From assembly GCA_028534125.1 (NCBI GenBank), contig CM052817.1:90274001-90338000 (forward strand): a stretch of DNA of 64,000 nucleotides, written 5' to 3'. Source of the DNA: Lama glama (lineage: Eukaryota). The position numbers were made by a program, and so were the translations under genes. This document shows, piece by piece, positions 39,019 to 52,874 of the stretch. The stretch's first letter is position 1; each line of letters opens with the position of its first letter. The notes under the pieces were generated by a model, which did no database searches, was not told the DNA's origin, and worked only from the letters and a program-made list of their open reading frames with translations.

Positions 39019-39868
39019 TTTATTTTTTTTAATTTATTTTTTTTCTAATTTTATTTTATTTTATTTTATTTTTTTACATTTTTATTGATTCATAATCATT
39101 TTACAGTGTTGTGTCAAATTCCAGTGTTCAGCCCAATTTTTCAGTCACACAAGGACATATACACACTCATTGTCACATTTTTTTCTCTGTGATTTATCAT
39201 AACATTTTGTGTATATTTCCCTGTGCTATACAGTGTAATCTTGTTTATCTGTTCTACAATTTTGAAATCCCAGTCTATCCCTTCCCACCCTCTACCCCGC
39301 CCCCACCCCCCACCCCCCGGTANNNNNNNNNNNNNNNNNNNNNNNNNNNNNNNNNNNNNNNNNNNNNNNNNNNNNNNNNNNNNNNNNNNNNNNNNNNNNN
39401 NNNNNNNNNNNNNNNNNNNNNNNNNNNNNNNNNNNNNNNNNNNNNNNNNNNNNNNNNNNNNNNNNNNNNNNNNNNNNNNNNNNNNNNNNNNNNNNNNNNN
39501 NNNNNNNNNNNNNNNNNNNNNNNNNNNNNNNNNNNNNNNNNNNNNNNNNNNNNNNNNNNNNNNNNNNNNNNNNNNNNNNNNNNNNNNNNNNNNNNNNNNN
39601 NNNNNNNNNNNNNNNNNNNNNNNNNNNNNNNNNNNNNNNNNNNNNNNNNNNNNNNNNNNNNNNNNNNNNNNNNNNNNNNNNNNNNNNNNNNNNNNNNNNN
39701 NNNNNNNNNNNNNNNNNNNNNNNNNNNNNNNNNNNNNNNNNNNNNNNNNNNNNNNNNNNNNNNNNNNNNNNNNNNNNNNNNNNNNNNNNNNNNNNNNNNN
39801 NNNNNNNNNNNNNNNNNNNNNNCCTGCTACCTTGCTGAATTCTTCGATCAGCTCTAGTAGCTTTTTTG
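39019..39868 (-). mobile_element. Young 5'-truncated camelid L1 spanning the assembly gap
   Basis: Poly(T)-rich tail and 3' UTR at left; ORF2 peptide KKLLELIEEFSKVA at right; perfect 17-bp TSD ttctaacatattctttt at 39002-39018 / 39869-39885. Confidence 0.92.
39323..39822. other. Assembly gap (500 N)
   Basis: Directly visible. Confidence 1.
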
Positions 39869-40299
39869 TTCTAACATATTCTTTTACCACTACTATTTCT
39901 TTGCCTCTAGTCTTGCCCCTCTCCTAAAATTCCCTTTGTCCCTACAAACAACATACACCCATAGCTTTGTTACTTTTTTTATTTCCATCTTTTTTGTTTG
40001 AAAATAAAGCTTAAGAGCTAATGAGAGTATTCAACTATAGATATCCTCAGTTAAAGCAAATAGGGGCTTTTAAAAATGAATTTCTTTGGGGTGAATACTG
40101 TTAATGGAAGAATTCCCCCCTTTACTAAGGGCACGTTAAGATAAGTTTAGTTTCTCTAGGGCTCAGTCACTTAAAAATAAGGGTATAAAGACATTCTAGG
40201 GAAATGCTAGACTTTCAAATTTATCTTACACTGCAGCCAGCTTTTATAGCCTATTTTAAGAACTTGGTACTAGCTCTCCTGTTTAATGAGCAGTTTCAT

Positions 40300-40620
40300 T
40301 TAAAGCTTAAAATTATTAAGGATTCCAGTGGAGTCATAAATAATGCGGTTTATAATATTCTTATCAAGCACATAAAGATACATTTGTCTTCCATTAACAA
40401 CATACTTTTAAAGTAGCCTGACCTCTTCAGATGTATAAGAGCACGCAATTAATGCCATTTGTCACAGGTCTTTTACACGTTAATAAGATGTAATTAATTG
40501 TCTGTTTGGTCTAATTAACTTTTCAGACACTGGCAGCTCTTGTTCTTTTAATACAAAGCAAGTGGGCCCTATTTGCAATTCTAATACTTGACAGAAAAGT
40601 CTGACCATAAACTCAAGTCT
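40300..40620. promoter_or_regulatory. Candidate homeodomain-site-rich non-coding element
   Basis: Repeat-free; CAATTAAT, TAATTAATT (40491-40499), CTAATTA (40511-40517), TGACAG and CATAAA motifs. Inference only. Confidence 0.35.
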
Positions 40621-40836
40621 ACAAATCTTAGAAAAAGAGCATAGGCAATTAAGAATCCAACAGAGAAATCGTATATATTTTAGGATAGTAATATATTTTT
40701 TAATGCAAAGAGTAAGAAAAACGCTACACAGAATAGGCTACTCTAAACCGTAAGAGTAGAGGATTTTATATTCAAAAATAAATGATGAGAAAACATAGAT
40801 ATTCCAAGGATATTTTAATATATAAGAAATTCTGTA

Positions 40837-41227
40837 CAGTCGTCCCTCAGTATCCATGGGGGATTGGTTCCAAGACACTCCCCCACCATACCACAATCCA
40901 CAGATGCTCAAGTCCTTTATGTAAAATGGCCTATAAATATTTTTACATATATCATATATAATATATAGGCAAATATTTGCCTATACCCTACGCACATCCT
41001 CCCTTATGCTTTAAATCATCTTGATTACTTACAATACCTAATACACGTAAATGCTATGTAAATAGTTTTAAATACAATGTAAATGCTATGTAAATAGTTG
41101 CCTGCTTGGCAAATTTGAGTTTTGCTTTTGGAAAGTTTCTTGAGTTTTTTTTTTTTTCCCCAAATATTTTTGATCCAAATTGATTGAATCTGTGGATACA
41201 GAACCCACGGATATGGTGGGCTGATTA
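40837..41227 (+). mobile_element. MER2 (TcMar-Tigger) MITE
   Basis: TA-flanked 'cagtcgtccctcagtatccatgggggattggttcca' ... 'gaacccacggatatggtgggctga'. Confidence 0.92.
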
Positions 41228-42139
41228 TAAGTGTTTTCATATTTGTTCATTCATTTATTAGCCATTTTCTTGTTAATATTAATTCAATTTTTGAATGGTA
41301 ACTTTCTGCAAGATTATTAGTACCTAGAGATCTGAAGATTACCAAGATAAAAACACTACCTTTAACGGAGTGTATGTTACTTGATCATGAAATTAATAGT
41401 GAAATTAACTGAGCCTTGGAGTAAATGCCTATACGCTATGTGTGAACTTTTATTTTCCTAGTGAAGTGTATACCAGAGTGAATTTTTGTGGCATATTTGT
41501 CCATGAGCCAATATATTTACTCTGTTCTTCATATTTTTTAACTGTAAAATTAATATATTTGAAATCAAATATTTGAAAATATTTAATATAATGTTCAATA
41601 TTATTTTAAAAATTCAATGTACAAAAGAATTCTAATAGGTACTATAATTTATTTAACACTGATTCTGCAACAGATCAGCAGTGGGCCTTTTTTAAATTCT
41701 GAATCTGTGATTCTGGGTGTAACTCCCCAGGGGACTGTGATAGTCAGGTTTGAAAAGTGGTTTCTCACTATAATATATTTACACAAATTACCAGTGTGAC
41801 AAATAATGGAGCATGTTACATTCTGTATCACTAAATATTTTCTTAGAGTGCCCTCCAGATTTGAAATCCCTAGATCAAAGGCCAAATCTAAAAATTTTTT
41901 AAGGCTCCTGCTTCATATAGTCAAATCACTTTCTAGAAAATTCCCAGAAATTTGATCCCCTATATAAAAATACCAGTCTTATCAGACCATATCATTTTTA
42001 AAATTCATTTTTGATTTACAAAGTCTCCGTATTTTGCAAATTTGAATAATGTCTCTCCTATATGTATTTGAGTTGTGCACCTAATATTTCCCTATCATAT
42101 TAGTAACAAATTTTTTTTTTCATTTTCCATTTTCATTGT

Positions 42140-42350
42140 GATACAATGGAATACTAGTTTAAAAATGTGCTCTGGAGTTAGATCATCTGGGTTCTAATCC
42201 TGGCTCTGTGCTTATTGGCTGTGTTACCCTGTGTAAATTCCTTAACCTGTTCCTTTGTTTCTTCATCCATAGAAGGGAGGCAGTAATAGCATCTGTATCA
42301 CTGGGTTATTTTAGGATTAGGTATGTTAATAAATCTGAAACTCTTTAAAA
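42140..42350 (+). mobile_element. MIR SINE
   Basis: 'ctctggagttagatcatctgggttctaatcctggctctg...gctgtgttaccctgtgtaaattccttaacc'. Confidence 0.85.
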
Positions 42351-42553
42351 AAAAAATCTTTCTTTTCAATTGAAAAGAACTATATAGTTCAGCAACTATA
42401 ATGTTAGATTGGATTATCATTCTCTATTCTTCAGGGCTCAAATCCACTTTCATTAGAATGGGTTGTAATCTTCTCCCATTCACAATAAACTCTCACTTAA
42501 TGTTAACATTAATATATTGTTTCAATATGTTGTTAAATATATAGAGACATTTT

Positions 42554-45077
42554 AAGTCTAGTTACCATCTGCCACCATACAAAGATGTTACATTGTTATT
42601 AACTATGTTCCCCAGGAAGTACATTTCATTCATGTGACTCATGTATTTTGTAACTGAAGTTTGTACCTCTTGTACAAATCTCCCTCACCTATTTCACTCA
42701 TTCTCCCACCCCACTCCTCCCCACTCTGGCAACTACCTGTTAGTTCTCTGTATCTATAACTCTGCTCATTTGTTTTGTTTTTTTAGATTATACATATAAG
42801 TGAAGTCTGTGGTATTTATCTTTCTCTGTCCAACTTATTTCACTTAGCATAATACCCTCTAAATCCATCAGTGCTATCACATGGCAAGATTTTAATTCTT
42901 TTTTATGGCTGGATAATATTCCATTGTGTGTGGGTATGTATCGCTACTTCTTTATTCATTCATCTATCAAAAGGCACTAGGTTGCTTCCAGATCTTGGCT
43001 ATTCTAAATAATGCTGTAGTGAATATGGGAGTGCATATATCTTTTCAAATTAGTGTTTTTGTTTTCTTTGGAAAATACCAAGAAGTGGAATTGTTGGGTC
43101 ATATGGTAGTTCTACTTTTAATTTTTTAGTGATACACCATGCTGTTTTTCATAGTGGCTGACCAATTTACATTCCCACCAACAGTGCATGCTTTTCTCCA
43201 CATCCTTGTCAACACTTGTTATGTCTTGCCTTTTTGATTATAGACATTCTGACAGGGTGACGTGATATCTCATTGTGATTTTGATTTGCATTTCCCTGAT
43301 GATAGGTGATGTTGAGCATCTTTTAATGTGTCTGTTGGCCATCTGTGTGTCTTCTTTGGAAAAATGTCTTTAAGTCCTCTGTCTGTTTTATATATGTGTG
43401 TGTGTGTGTTTAGTTGTATATGAGTTATTTGTATATTTGGGATATTATCCCCTTATTAGATGTATCATTTCCAAATATCTTCTCCCATTCAGTAGGTGGC
43501 CTTTTCATTTTTTTGACAGTTTCCTTGGCTGTGCAAAAGCTTTTTGGTTTGATGTAGTCTCATTTGTTTATTTTTGCTTTTGTTTCTCTTGCCTGAGAGA
43601 CAAATCCAAAAAAAACATTGCCAAGCCTGATGTCAAAATGCATACTGCCTGTTTTCTTCTTAGGAGTTTTATGGTTTCCAGTCTTATGTTTAGGTCTTTA
43701 ATCTATTCTGAGTTTATATATGGTATTAAAAAGTAGTCCAGTTTGATTATTTTGCATGTAGATGTTCAGTTTCCCCAGTACAGTATGTTGAAGAGGCTGT
43801 GTTTCCCTTATTGTATATTCCTATCTCCTTTGTTGTAGATTAATTGACTGTATAACAGGGGTTTATTTCTGGGGTCTCTGTGTTGTTCCATTGATGTATA
43901 TGTCTGTTTTTGTGTCGGTATGCTGTTCTGATCACTAGCTTTAGAGTATAGTCTGAAGTCAGGAAGCATGATATCTCCAGCTCTGTTCTTTCTCAAGATT
44001 GTTTTGTGAAAAATGTCATTGGCATTTTGACAGAAATTGCGCTGAATCTATAGATTGTCTTGGGTAGTGTAGTCACCTGAACAGTATTAATTCCACAAAT
44101 CCATGAGAACAGCATAATTTGTGCAGTCTTACACTAATTTTATGAGTGTCTTCTGATTTTCGAAGTCCAGGTCTTTTACCTCCTTAGTGGGATTTATTCC
44201 TATTTTATTATTTTTGATGCAATTATATATAGGATTGATTTTCTCTTTCAGATAGTTCACTATTAGTGTATAGAAGTGCAACAAATTTCTGTATGTTAAT
44301 GTTGTATCCTGAAACCTTGCTGAATTCATTGATGAACTCTAGTAGTTCTATGTGTCTTTAGGATATTCTATATATAGTATCATATCATCTACAAACAGTG
44401 ACAGTTTTACTTCTTTCTTTCCAATTTGATTCCTTCCATTTCTTTTTCTTGTCTGATTGCTGTAGCTAGGACTTCCAATACAATTATGTTAAATAAATGT
44501 GACAAGAGTGGGCATCCTTTCCTTGTTCCTGATCTTAGAGGAAATGCTTTTAGCTTTTCACCTTTGAGTAGGATGTTGCTGTGGTAAATAGATTTATAGT
44601 GGTGATTATTTTTTAATCTATAGAAATATCAAATCACCACTGTGTTATGCACCAGGAACTAACATAATGTTGTAGATCTATTATACTTCAAAAAGCAAAC
44701 TCATAGAAAAAGAGATCAGATCTGTGGTTACCAGAAACAGAGCAGGGAGTGAAAGGAAGGGGAATTGCATGGAGGTAGTCAAAAGATACAAACCTCCATT
44801 TATAAGATAAATAAGCACTAAGAATATAATGTCAACATAATTAATAAAATTAATACTGCTGTGTACAAAATACAAAAGTTGAGAGAGTAAACTGTAAGAC
44901 TCCTCATCAAAAGGAAGCTTTTTTTTCTTTTATATCTATATGAGATGATGAATTTTCATTAAACTTATTGAGGTAATCATTTCATGTTGTATATAAGTTG
45001 AATCATTATGCTGTACACCTTCAATTTATACAGTGCTGTATAAATTATATGTCAATAAAACTGGAAGAAGAAAAAAA
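42554..45077. mobile_element. L1MA9-like element with 5' inversion: 42554-44580 antisense, 44581-45077 sense 3' end
   Basis: Antisense ORF2 (ORF-track peptides DIMLPDFRLY and NSARFQDT) followed by a sense 3' UTR ending 'aataaaactggaagaagaaaaaa'. Confidence 0.85.
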
Positions 45078-46427
45078 CAAAGACAATATCTAGAAAGAAG
45101 CATTTTTTCTTAATAGCAAAATCAAGGGAATAAGCTAAGTATTTAACAACTAAAGGATAAAGACATTCATATAATAGGGCACAATCTCAGGATGAAACAT
45201 TATAAAGCAGATAGAATGTGGGTACATCTCAAAAACATAATGCTGCAAGATGTGAAATAATCTGTATGTCTTTAATTTGTGGCAGTTAAAAAATACACCA
45301 AAACAATGCTCTTAGACCATTTATGAATGCATACCTATGTGTGTAAAATGGAATGAAAGGATAAATACTAAATGTATGAAAAATAGGAATATAGGTCTTA
45401 GTAAAAGATGAGTTTAGTCATATTTATAATCTCTTCAGATGAAAAACTGGGAAACAGTTATGAAGAAATGTTACCATTAATTCTGAGGGTTGGATATATT
45501 AATGTTTGTAAATATTTATACATTAAATCCCTCAAAAAGTAAAAAATAAATAAATAAATACAGACATTTAAGTTCAGGTTGAAATTAACACTTTTGTGGT
45601 TTAATTTCTATTGCATATTGAAAGGTAATGACTTTTCCACGATCAGTTGTTATGTTTCCTTTCCACAATGTTTTATGTTCTATGTTTCACTTTTAGTTCA
45701 GCTGGAACTTGTCTTAGCATATGTTGAGATGAACAGCTGATTTGATTTTTTTTAACTCCCATATATCCATTTTCCCCCACATACTTTCTTAAATACCTAA
45801 TAATTACATACTGGCATATGTGTATGCCTTTAAAACATGCTCAGTTTTATGTAAATTTCTTTCCAGAGCTATGTTCTGCTGCACTGATCTATTACTTATT
45901 GTGCCGATTCCATATCTTTAATTACTATAGTTTTAAAATATTATTGAAGAGCTGATAATACAAGTGCCCTTTTATTAATCTTTATCTTCAACATTATATT
46001 AGTTACTTTATTTTTTTAATTCATCAAAATGGACATATGTATTTAATAATTAAATTATTGGTTTTTGATTCATTTTAGTCTACTTAATGTGGCAAAGACT
46101 AAAACAAAATCTTTCTATAATTTTGTTTCTCTAGCTTTCCCTTTGTACTTCTAAAAATTATACCATTTTAAGTTTTGATGAATCACATGAAGACTAATGA
46201 TTATTAAACCCCTATTATGGATTCAGCTTTTTGATGATATAACATTATTTTGTTTCCCCTTTTCTTAAAATAAATAAATAAATAAAATAAAAATAAATGT
46301 GTCTACCATCATAATCAAAATGTTTAGCCCAGTTTCTGAAATTGGGGGAAATTTCTTTGTAGCTTCCTTTCTGTGACTAAACAGATTATTTTGTCTGAAA
46401 TTCTGTGGTTATTTTGATAGTAAGAAT

Positions 46428-46850
46428 TCTTTTTTAATTGAAGTATAGTCAGTTTACAATGTGTCAATTTCTGGCATATAGCATAATGCCCTAGTCATAC
46501 ATATAGATATGTATATTTGTTTTCATATTCTTTTTTGTTATAGGTTACTACAAGATATTGAATATAGTTCCCTGTGCTATACAGAAGAAGCTTGTTGTTT
46601 TTCTATTTTATATATACTAGTTAATATTTGCAAATCTTGGGCTCCCAATTTATCCCTTCCCACCCACTTTACTCCCGGTAACCATAAAGTTGTTTACTAC
46701 GTCTGTGAGTCTGTTTCTGTTTTGTAGGTAAGTTCATTAGTATCTTATTTTTTCTTTTTTTAGATTGCACATATGAGTAATATCATATGGTATTTTTCTT
46801 TCTCTTTCTGGCTTACTTCACTTAGAATGACGGTCTCCAGGTCCATCCAT
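46428..46850 (-). mobile_element. L1 3' end
   Basis: 'ttgaagtatagtcagtttacaatg...ggcttacttcacttagaatgacggtctccaggtccatccat'. Confidence 0.9.
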
Positions 46851-48114
46851 ATTATTTTAAATTCTAATAGTAGTTTCCTTAGTTTATTAAGCAAGTCAGT
46901 ATTTCTCTAATGCAGGAATGTAATTCTTAGGAATTTGTAAACTCAGTTTTGGAATTAATGAGTTTGTGCCTTGCCCTCATGTTAACAATTTTACTGCTCT
47001 CATTCCTTTTGAGTTGGTTGTACTTCTGTCAGCAACTGTGTTAGATTGGATTACTATTCTCTTGTTCTCAATGCTCATACCCACTCCTTCATTAAACTCG
47101 CTTTTAATCTTCCACTGCCTTCTCAGAGAGTCTTTCAAGTCTCTCAAGTGTATGCTTCAAATCACTGATTCATGTTTCCAAAAGTTTCAAATATAATCTT
47201 TGCCGTTAGTGTATTTTGTATTGCCAAGCATTTTTTCCCAGTTAACTCTTTACATTTTTATCTTCATCCCAGTTGTGATTTCCCTTTATGAGTCCAAGCT
47301 CTTGTTTCTTAGAGACTCTATCTTTGATATATTTGATTAACACCAAGCATATAATATTTATATATTTCCATATTTTAGTTTTAGAAAGCTATTTTTATAG
47401 ATGTACTTAGTCTCTACTTTTCTTCTAATCATTTTTGGGAAGAGGATCATTTTTTTTTTTTAAATAACTTTCAGCCCACTCTCGTTGAATGGGGAGATAT
47501 TTATCTAGGCTTGTTGTTTTGCCAGCAAGTAGAGTGAGTAGAGTCCTTTTGTTCTAATTGCTGACATGCAAACTTGTGATGTTCTGCCTCTATCCCCAAA
47601 ACAGGTGTAGGTCAACTTGAAATGCCCTGCGTCTTTTCATTAAATGTTTGCCTGAACATGAAGATTGAAATTTATTTCAACATCTTCAGAGACGTAGAGG
47701 GTTTAGAATAATGGCACTGATGAAATATCTGAAGAATTCTATTGTTAAAAAGCATGTCAGGACATACTGACCGTAATCATTATTACAATACTTGTATTGT
47801 TGTCAAAGTAAACTGGCCACATCCAATTCACAAGTGTTATATCAAGTCACTGACAATTAGAATCATAAAATATTAAAACTGGAAAGGAACATTATCATTC
47901 TGACCAAGTTCAGAATTTTAGATATTAAGAAGCCCTATTAGGTGGCAGACTGGAATTTGAGTCCAAATCCTAAATGTCAGGGATTTTCCATGATACATCT
48001 CTAGCACTTAAGGTTCAGGAAAACAAAATAATCACCAATTTGAGAGATATTACTGGACAAGATCAGACAGGTGGTATATAAGAGAATAAAGACAGACTAA
48101 ACACAATATGAAGA

Positions 48115-48623
48115 TGTTGGCTAAAAAATGCACAACCTGTAAGTTGAGAGTTATATTTTATTTGCTGGACTTTCTGAGGATTCAAGCACAGGAGACAGCC
48201 TCTGAGATTGCTCTAAGAGACTACATCGAAGAGGCAGGGAGGAGCCAAAATGTGTGAGTTTCTGCAACAAAGACCAGGTAGTTGGAACATCAAGAGTACT
48301 GTTAATTAAAAAACAAACAAACAAACAAAAAAGCAGAAAAACAGATATCTCAACTTAAGGAATTTAGTTCTTTTCTGTGTATGGGAACATGCAAAGGTCT
48401 GGGCTCACTGAAATCTTTCCTTTGATATGTACCACTATGCTGTTCTTTCATATTCCGAGTTCCCTCAAGGTACAGAGTTGAGGGTGGCTGCAGAGGCCAC
48501 ACTGCCTGCTTGTCGCCACCTTGATCTCCCTTTGCTCACTGTCAGGGGCAGCAGCAGTGACTGAAGACTGGATGACCACTGCATCCTTTGTTTACTTATA
48601 TGGCTGGCAACTTTTTTATCACA
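48115..48623 (-). mobile_element. MER41-like ERV1 solo LTR (cetartiodactyl type)
   Basis: TG...CA termini with perfect 4-bp TSD aaga (48111-48114 / 48624-48627); 'gttttatt'-like poly(A) region and 'tctgggctcactgaaatc'. Confidence 0.85.
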
Positions 48624-49314
48624 AAGAGAATGAACCATTTTTCTTGGCCCCCACAAAGATTCTCCCAATAATGCCTGAATGGATGTCATTGCATTAGGAA
48701 GTGAGAATGTGCCCAGTCAGCCATGAGTAGATGAGTATTAAAGAGGCTGACCCTTGAAAATGGAGAATTGTAATTTTACTCTCACCTGGGATTTGGTATT
48801 AGTTGATAAAGTTGACAAGGCATGGGAAAAAAGAGGACTTTTGCTGTTGTTAGATTCATATCTCAAACCCATCACTTTAGGAGTTAACCTAAGCATAGCT
48901 TTTTCATCAGTTATAATATCAAAAGTGAAATACTTCCTTTGCCATCCAATTATTAGGATTATGAATGAAATTATGTATCTCATGAATATCTAAAACCCCA
49001 TTTGCTAGTTCATCTCAGTGAAAAATCAATCCCTTTTATGCCTTTAAAAACATATAGCTAAAGTTACCAATAGTCAAGAGAATATTTATTTGTTGCTACT
49101 GTATTAGTGATACAGGAAAAAAATTATATGTTTATAAATAATTACAAAATGCAATGTTTTGTTAACTGGTTACCAGAGGCACACTGCCTGTTTTGATTTG
49201 GCAATGGACACACTACTTTGACCTCGTGGCAAATTATGTCAATTGCAGAGTCAGGTCTGGTAACAGAAACACTAGTTTTGTTTTATTTCTTCTGCCTGTT
49301 TCTATGTATAGTTA

Positions 49315-49730
49315 ATTTTTCCCAGCTTTTTTTGAGATATAATTGACATAAAACATTATGTAAGTTTAAGGTTAAAACACAGTGATTTGATAAACATACA
49401 TATTTTGAAATAATAACCATAATTAAGTTGGTTAACATATCCATCACCTCACATTGTTAACCATTTTCATGTATGTGTAGTGACAACATCTAAGTTCTAT
49501 TCTCAGTGACTTTCACGTACACAGTACAGTATTGTTAACCATAGTCGTGATACTGTACATTAGATCCCCAGGACTTACTCATTTTATAACTGAAAGTTTG
49601 TGCCCTTTGACCTGTTTCACCCATTTTCTCCACTCTCTCATCCCTGGCAACCACCAATCTACTCTGTTTTTATGAATTCAGTTTTTTAGATTCCAGATAT
49701 AAGTGACATCATCCGGTATTTGCCTTTTTA
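49315..49730 (-). mobile_element. L1MA 3' end
   Basis: 'ttgagatataattgacata...ctggcaaccaccaatctactctg...tttagattccagatataagtga'. Confidence 0.85.
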
Positions 49731-52700
49731 TTCAATTATTTAAAGAAAAATCACTTTTATATCACATACATTTTACAAATAATTTTGAGGCAAAAGTAGT
49801 CATTATTATAAAACCAAGCTGTGATTTATAAACAGTTCATAAGTGAAGGAAACCATTCAATATTATTATTTTTAAATGAATAGTGAAAGTACTTTGGCTT
49901 TGTATGCTTGTGATAGGCTAAGTAAAAACTCTTAAAACTTTTTATGCTATGAGTGTAGGTAAGCTAGGTATTGCTGTTTTTAAAGCAAAATAACTTGATG
50001 TTGTCATGCATTTTTTAGAAGCTTTAGTAAAAGAAGTATTTTTGGAATTCATTACAAATGAGTTGTTTTTGTATCTTCCATTAATTTTACCTGCAAAACA
50101 ATCAAACAGTGGTAAAAAGCAAGAATAAAAACTCTCTTCATAAATTGATAATACATGCATGTACTTTTGCTAATCCTAGTTGGCCCAGTTATGCCATGAG
50201 TATTCAGAAATAATGTCACGCTCTCCAGCAATCCTTGATGAATTTAAGGATCGAGTTAAGTACTTCTTCATTAACTGCCCCAAGTCTTTGTAGTGGGTTA
50301 TATTAAGGATGAATGTACATTTTTACTTAAACCAATTTGGGAAATAAGTTGTTTGAAAATAATGATTTTATTTTAGTGCTTGGTTTGCATTATCAGAATT
50401 GAATTGAAACCTAGATGTTTGGTAAAATCATTTTTTCAAATGTCTCAATAGTTGAAATCTATCATGAGACAATACTAAGCAACATAAAAGCATTTTTCTC
50501 ATATTTTCGTAAATTGCCCAGAATAGTGACATTCTTGAAAATTCTTTCTTTCCTTGTAATTTGTTGAATATTTTACATATAAATTATCATACATATATAT
50601 TACAAACTTAGTGGAAAGTGTTCATTGCAAAAAGTAACATTTTTAAGAGAACCATAGTATGAAGTACAGATTTTTATGCTTTTATATGAAATTCTGTGGG
50701 GAAAAATTCGACTAAGGTGAGGATTCTTTGTCTCATTCTGGAACACCCAAAATGATGTTATATAAATCTTCTCTTGCTGTACTGTATATAGACTGACAGG
50801 GACAGAATGAAAACCAAAGCAAATATGAGGTAAAAATGATTTTTTTATTACTTTAGGTATTTCTAGATGTCAGATAAAAATGAGAACATTGCTAAAAATT
50901 TTACAGAATGACAGCTTTGCCTTATGGATAAAATTCTATAGTTTGATGTATGAGGCAGAAAATGTGAAAAATATTATGAAGTACTAGCCTGACATAATGA
51001 TGGAAAGCTGCTGGCAGTGTGCTAATACCAAAGAAATATAATAGAATAAAGCTAAAGTAGGAAGAATGCAATTCTTTTGAATCTTGCCTACCCCAGAAAC
51101 ATGAATTTTGGCTTTCAAAAAATGCAAACCACGAACTTTCATCTTTTAATGACTTCTGATTGTTCCACTTGACCGCTTACATGGAGATTAACTTCTCAAT
51201 GCATGCCTTTACATATCTATCAAGCATAAAATAAATACAGGAAGTTCTTTAAGAACCCTAATTGGTTTGCCACACTCTGCTCTACTGCAGATTACTAGAT
51301 TATGGTGTGATGTGTTATTAATTCAGTGTTGCTACACCTCTATTCTCTGCATATACTTTTCTAAGTGATAGTAAGCATTGGATTCCTTGGTCCATTTAGT
51401 AACTATTATCTTTTATTTATGTTCACATTAGTAAATTTTGTCTCTTAGAAATGATCTAATTCAATGTGCCCTACCTTTCATCTTTCAAGAGGTGAACACC
51501 TAACTCAGATTCAGGCAACTGCCTCCTCTCTCCTGACATTTTGCTCTTAGGCTAATTTATATCCATTGGTTCCTGAGAAAATCTGCTCTTAACTATCTGG
51601 AAACCTGTATCCGCCCTGATTCCTAAACCTTCCTAAACTTGATACATCAACTGCTCTTGACTCTATAAGAAACCCTTATCCTTCAAGTAAATGTTTTTCT
51701 TAAATTGATTTTTTTGTTAAAGTGATTTATGAGGCTTGCAACAACAAAAAAACAGTACAGGTACCATATTTCTTAGTTGAAGACGTAATATGGTATAAAA
51801 CCTTGTGACAGAGGCATGTGGTTGAAAGTACCAGGATATTAATGCCTTTAATAAGATATACATCTTACTTCTATGAGTAATGCTGACATGAAATTTTATT
51901 TTGAAGGAAACCCTTGTTCACTGATTTTTTTTCTCCCATGTATTTCTGATGTTGAGACGACTCTTTATAAATTAGTAAATTAAATCAAATATTATTTAGT
52001 ACCTCATGTATACATATAAAATAGTTTCTACCTTGATTCTACCTTAAAAAAAGGGATCTTTCTTTGTGAATGCCATCCATATAATATGTATTTATATACG
52101 ACCTAAGTTTTTATAGAATACAGACTAGAATATGGGCTACTTTATTTTTTACCAAGGATATGGTTTATTAAGTTGAAGTGCTATATATATTTATAAAATA
52201 TATATAATATTCAACAACTACAAGGAAAGAAAGTCTATTTCCTCAAGAATGCCAAGATTCTGGACAATTTAATGGGAATTTTAGAAATTCTATGTTGCTT
52301 AGCATTAGAAAAACTATGTTATTTACAAGGTATATGCATTATTTGGGTTTAATGTATTATAGTCACCAATGAGAATCATGGCTAGAAAAAATAATTATGC
52401 TAGAGTTTATTTCTCCTTAGATACAGTTATATAAATGTTGATGTCGAACAAGTTAAAGATGAATTGAAAATATTTTTTACTCATTTAATTTGCTTTCTGT
52501 AATAGTAATTATCTCCATATTTTGATGCATAATAAATGAGATAATCCATGAAAAGCTCAGCAGAAAACTGGAGCCATCACAAACTCTCAATAAATGTTAG
52601 TTATGATACTGAAAAGTTAATATAATGATGATGGTGGTGCACATCAGCTTGAGAATGAATCTTATCTAAGCATTATTTTTTCAGAAATTTAATAATCCTG

Positions 52701-52874
52701 TCATCTGGCTAGGACAGTTTATATTTCTTACCAACACTTGCAATAATAAAACTTTAATGTTTTAATTAAACTGATGGTTATGAAATAATATCTTATTGTT
52801 GCTTTAGTTTGTATTTCCCGGAGTTCTAGTCCAGTTGAGCTCTGTAAATATCTTAACCAACATTTTGTCAGTTT

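Noticed and set aside
39111..39927. 234-249-aa ORFs
   Set aside because: Artefacts of translating through the N gap.
41040..41100. Direct repeat 'gtaaatgctatgtaaatagtt'
   Set aside because: As I recall, this duplication is common in MER2 variants, so it is not locus-specific.
48115..48623. Possible interferon-inducible (STAT1) enhancer, as known for some MER41 copies
   Set aside because: I found no intact TTCNNNGAA site in this copy.
50180..50293. Protein-looking frame LAQLCHEYSEIMSRSPAILDEFKDRVKYFFINCPKSL after 'cctag|'
   Set aside because: Short, unrecognised and without a partner exon; cannot be supported without a homology search.
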